This document shows, in pieces, positions 60,842 through 64,000 of a DNA stretch of 64,000 nucleotides. Source of the DNA: Acidobacteriota bacterium (GTDB lineage Bacteria > Acidobacteriota > Thermoanaerobaculia > Gp7-AA8); contig JAFATB010000020.1 in the NCBI GenBank assembly GCA_019244185.1, forward strand, positions 32,001 to 96,000. The letters are read 5' to 3'. The translations under genes and the position numbers were made by a program. The notes beneath the pieces were generated by a model. That model was not told the origin of the DNA. It was given only the letters and a program-made list of their open reading frames with translations, and made no database searches. Position 1 is the stretch's first letter. The number at the start of each line of letters is the position of its first letter.

Positions 60842-62650
60842 TCAGTGCTGCACGGAGCGCCGCCGCGGCGGCGTCGACGGCGCCGTGAACTCGTACGTCA
60901 GCGAGCGCCGCGGCGGACACGCCGGACCGTAGTCCGACTCCACCCACCACCGCACGCGGCCGCTGAGAAACGCGGTGTACGTGTTCGTCTCCAGTCCCCG
61001 CGCGAGTGCGACGGGCGGCCTTCCGTCGACGGAGACCCATACCGTCGACGACCGCGCGCCGGCGACCGGCTGCCAGACCATGCGCACCACGTTCGTCGAC
61101 GTCGTCTCGCGATACGCCGGTTTCGACAGGTTCGCGCGCACTTCCGAACAGCGGACGCCGAGGTAGACGTCGTGATCGGCGAGATCGTGCTGCCCGCGCC
61201 AGTACGCGAGATTGAAGACGCGCGATTCGAGGAAGCCGAAGGACGTCTTGCCGTTTGCGCGCACGCGCAGAATCGCGGTGAGCTCGCCGAGACGATAGGG
61301 ATCGAGCAATGCGCGCGAGGTGAACGGATTGCGGCCGACGAGGATGCGCCCTTCGGCGTCGCTGGTGAAGTGGAGATCGGGCACGTCGTCGACGACACGC
61401 GTGAGATACGTGTCGGCAATGGAGAGATCGTCGTTCTCGCGGACGCCCTGGAAGAGATCGACGTCCGCGTTCGGCACGGGATTGCCTTCGGCATCGCGCA
61501 GCGTGATGCGATTCTGCGCGGGCAGATCGTTGAGGTACGCGCCGTAGTTGCCCGGCACGTTCGCGATGCCGGACACCGCGCGCGCGCCGGCGATGAGGTT
61601 GAGCGCGGCGGCGCTGTAGCGATCGATCCAGTCGTAGTCGTTCGCCATCAGGCCGCTGTCGGCGGTCTCGTAAACCGTGTAGCCCTGCATGCCGTTCGAG
61701 ATCAGCGACGACGCGGGCATCAGGTTGCCGACGACCGGCGTCCCGTTGTCGGTGATGTCGACGCGGTACCGCGGCGGCAGGTGCTTCACGCCGAAGGCGT
61801 AGACGTCGATGAGATAGCGCGCATGCCCGAGCTCGTGCACCGTCGTCTTGTTCAGGTAGAACGAGTTCAACGTGTTGATGGAGGTGAGATCGGTGAGGCC
61901 CGGAACGGCGTCCGCGGTGAAGCCCCACGACAGATCGACCGTGCGATCGGCGTCGTTCGGATGCGATGAAGCGTTGCCGTCGACCGGATTCACGGGCACG
62001 AGCGGCAGCGCGCCGTCGGGCACGACGACGACCTTCTGCAATCGCCAGCGATCGTGCACGCCCTGCGGCGTCTCCGGATAAATGGCGATCTGCGCGATGT
62101 CGTTGTACCAGGTGATGTGCCGCTGCGCCCAGTCCTCGAACGATGCGGAGCCGAGGCCGGCGAGCTTCTGCTGGTTCTCGCGCATGAAGCGGTAGAACGA
62201 CTCTTCGACCCAGAAGCCGACCGCGAGCGCGTCGGTGAAGATGGTGAGCTCGTTGTTCGTCTCCGATTCCTCGACGAGCTGCCGATCGCTGTCGATGCGA
62301 AACGTCAGCTCGTGACGCTCGAACGACCACGGGCGCACGAGGTCGACGGTCGTAAACGCATCCGCGGCGAGTTGCACGGAGCCCGATTCGACGACCGCGT
62401 GATCGAGCAGCCATTCGTAGCGAACGGTCTGCGCGCCGTTCGACCAGTTGCGCACGTGCGCCTGCCATGTCACGGCCTGACCAACGGCCGGCCAGCCTTC
62501 GACGCGCGGGTTCATGCTTTGCCAGACGTAGTCGATCTCGGGCAGGCGGCTGATCCAGCCGACGTCGAGGTCGGTGCTCGTACGCGCGAAGAGGCTCGAG
62601 GCGGCGAACACCAACAGCAGTGCGACGCGTGCAGGCGCGGGAATCGTCAT
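60842..62650 (-). CDS. Secreted CARDB-like plus zinc metallopeptidase-like protein with C-terminal RRRSVQH tail
   Basis: Signal peptide; IDSDRQLVEESETNN; HELGH; FN3-like C-terminal domain; ends PPRRRSVQH. Confidence 0.8.
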   Translation of the reverse strand: MTIPAPARVALLLVFAASSLFARTSTDLDVGWISRLPEIDYVWQSMNPRVEGWPAVGQAVTWQAHVRNWSNGAQTVRYEWLLDHAVVESGSVQLAADAFTTVDLVRPWSFERHELTFRIDSDRQLVEESETNNELTIFTDALAVGFWVEESFYRFMRENQQKLAGLGSASFEDWAQRHITWYNDIAQIAIYPETPQGVHDRWRLQKVVVVPDGALPLVPVNPVDGNASSHPNDADRTVDLSWGFTADAVPGLTDLTSINTLNSFYLNKTTVHELGHARYLIDVYAFGVKHLPPRYRVDITDNGTPVVGNLMPASSLISNGMQGYTVYETADSGLMANDYDWIDRYSAAALNLIAGARAVSGIANVPGNYGAYLNDLPAQNRITLRDAEGNPVPNADVDLFQGVRENDDLSIADTYLTRVVDDVPDLHFTSDAEGRILVGRNPFTSRALLDPYRLGELTAILRVRANGKTSFGFLESRVFNLAYWRGQHDLADHDVYLGVRCSEVRANLSKPAYRETTSTNVVRMVWQPVAGARSSTVWVSVDGRPPVALARGLETNTYTAFLSGRVRWWVESDYGPACPPRRSLTYEFTAPSTPPRRRSVQH

Positions 62651-62779
62651 CGTCGTCTCCGAAGGCGATCAACCTAGCACCGCGCGAATCCGCGAGATCG
62701 CACGCGCGTGCGATGTTTGCAGTCTTGATGCAGCACCAGCGGGCTGAACTTCTTCGCGCCGCATGCGTAGAGTGCAGGC

Positions 62780-64000
62780 ATGCACGACGCGCACGAGCTC
62801 CGCGAGCGCCGCTCCGCACTCCTCGGCATCGCACTCTTCGCGCTCGCGAAGCTCGCGCTGCACACGTGGATCAACCGCCAGTACGGCTTTCATCGCGACG
62901 AGCTCGCGACGCTCGACGACGCGCGGCATCTCGCGTGGGGCTTCGTCGCGTATCCGCCGCTCACGCCATTCTTCGGCCGCATCGCGCTGACGCTCTTCGG
63001 CACGTCGCTGGCGGGCTTCCGCTTTTTCGCCGCGGCGGCGCAGGCGGTCGCGATCGTGCTCACCGGCGACATCGCGCGGCGTCTCGGCGGCGCACGCGCG
63101 GCGCAATGGCTCGCCGCGATCGCCGTCGCCGTCGCGCCGATCTCCCTCGGCGCGTCGTCGCTCTTTCAGTACGTCGCGTTCGATTACCTCTGGTGGGTCG
63201 TGATCGCATGGGGCATGACCGCGCTCGTCGCGTCCGAAGATCCACGCTGGTGGCTCGTCATCGGCGCCGGCATCGGCCTCGGCGTGCTGACGAAGTACGC
63301 GATCGCCTTCTGCGTCGCCGGCGTGGTCCTCGGCGTGCTGCTCACGCCGCGCCGCCGCGACCTGCGCTCGAAGTATCTGTGGCTCGGCGTCGCCGTCGCC
63401 GTGGTCATCGCCGCGCCGAACCTGCTCTGGGAAGTGCGCCACGACTTCATCACGCTCGACTTTCTGAAGAGCATCCACCAGCGCGACATCGAGATCGGGC
63501 GCACGAGCGACTTCCTCGTGAATCAGCTCTACGTTCCCGCGAATCCGTTGACGATTCCGTTGTGGGCCGCAGGCCTCGCCGCGCTCTTCTTCGTTCGTTC
63601 CTTCGCGCGCTTCCGCATCCTCGCCTGGGTGGCGCTCGTGCCCTTCGTGCTCTTCATCGTGGCGAAAGGCCGCGACTACTACGCCGGGCCGCTCTATCCC
63701 CCGCTCCTCGCCGCGGGCTCGGTGCTGCTGCTTTCGCTGATGTCCGCGCGCGCGGTGAGGTGGACGCTCGCGATCGCGATTCCGATCCTGCTCGCGGCGG
63801 GCGGCGCGATCGCGGCGCTGATCCTGCCGGTCGCGCCTCCCGGCTCCGCGTGGTTCCGGCGCGCACTCGAGGAAAACGGCGATCTGCGCGAGGAGCTCGG
63901 CTGGCCGGAGCTCGCGGGCGAAGTCGCGCGCATCTGGCAAACGATTCCCGCGAGCGAGCGCGCGCACGCGGCGATCTACTGCGCGAATTACGGCGAGGCC
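62780..64000 (+). CDS. GT-C (family 39/ArnT-like) membrane glycosyltransferase (3' end runs off window)
   Basis: Manual translation: YGFHRDELATLDDARHLAWGFVAYPPLTP, GLGVLTKY, APNLLWE, GRDYYAGPLYP, NYGEA. Confidence 0.88.
   Translation, partial: MHDAHELRERRSALLGIALFALAKLALHTWINRQYGFHRDELATLDDARHLAWGFVAYPPLTPFFGRIALTLFGTSLAGFRFFAAAAQAVAIVLTGDIARRLGGARAAQWLAAIAVAVAPISLGASSLFQYVAFDYLWWVVIAWGMTALVASEDPRWWLVIGAGIGLGVLTKYAIAFCVAGVVLGVLLTPRRRDLRSKYLWLGVAVAVVIAAPNLLWEVRHDFITLDFLKSIHQRDIEIGRTSDFLVNQLYVPANPLTIPLWAAGLAALFFVRSFARFRILAWVALVPFVLFIVAKGRDYYAGPLYPPLLAAGSVLLLSLMSARAVRWTLAIAIPILLAAGGAIAALILPVAPPGSAWFRRALEENGDLREELGWPELAGEVARIWQTIPASERAHAAIYCANYGEA

Noticed and set aside
59562-62834. 1090-aa and 746-aa overlapping ORFs
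   Set aside because: Arg-rich alternative frames over better-supported genes

Overview
High-GC bacterial chromosomal window. Gene content and protein style suggest Acidobacteriota, possibly Thermoanaerobaculia; this is an inference. The housekeeping backbone comprises nadA, thrC, a 2-oxoacid dehydrogenase/lipoate cluster (lpdA-E1a-E1b ... E2-lipB-lipA), hemB, cysK, tRNA(CAT), tilS-hpt-ftsH, ansA and radA, plus two large Ser/Thr kinases and several large secreted proteins. A ~12.3 kb accessory block (22160-34420) splits the dehydrogenase cluster between E1b and E2. It carries a signal-peptide-bearing RHS toxin with a putative permuted papain-like tip and a candidate immunity gene. Transcribed divergently from the toxin is a three-gene cassette: an HTH-ECF sigma fusion, a zinc anti-sigma (HxxxCxxC) fused to a TPR-like array, and a small secreted Pro-rich peptide. 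This cassette looks like an RRNPP/Rap-Phr-style peptide-sensing switch built on an anti-sigma factor and is the best candidate for an undescribed system. Also present: a 21/42-bp tandem array, two copies of a long hairpin element (one at the break of a truncated sigma gene), a LipB-Nudix fusion, a catalytically degenerate Hpt and a frameshifted BrnT toxin. All calls are by eye from motifs; no database searches were run.
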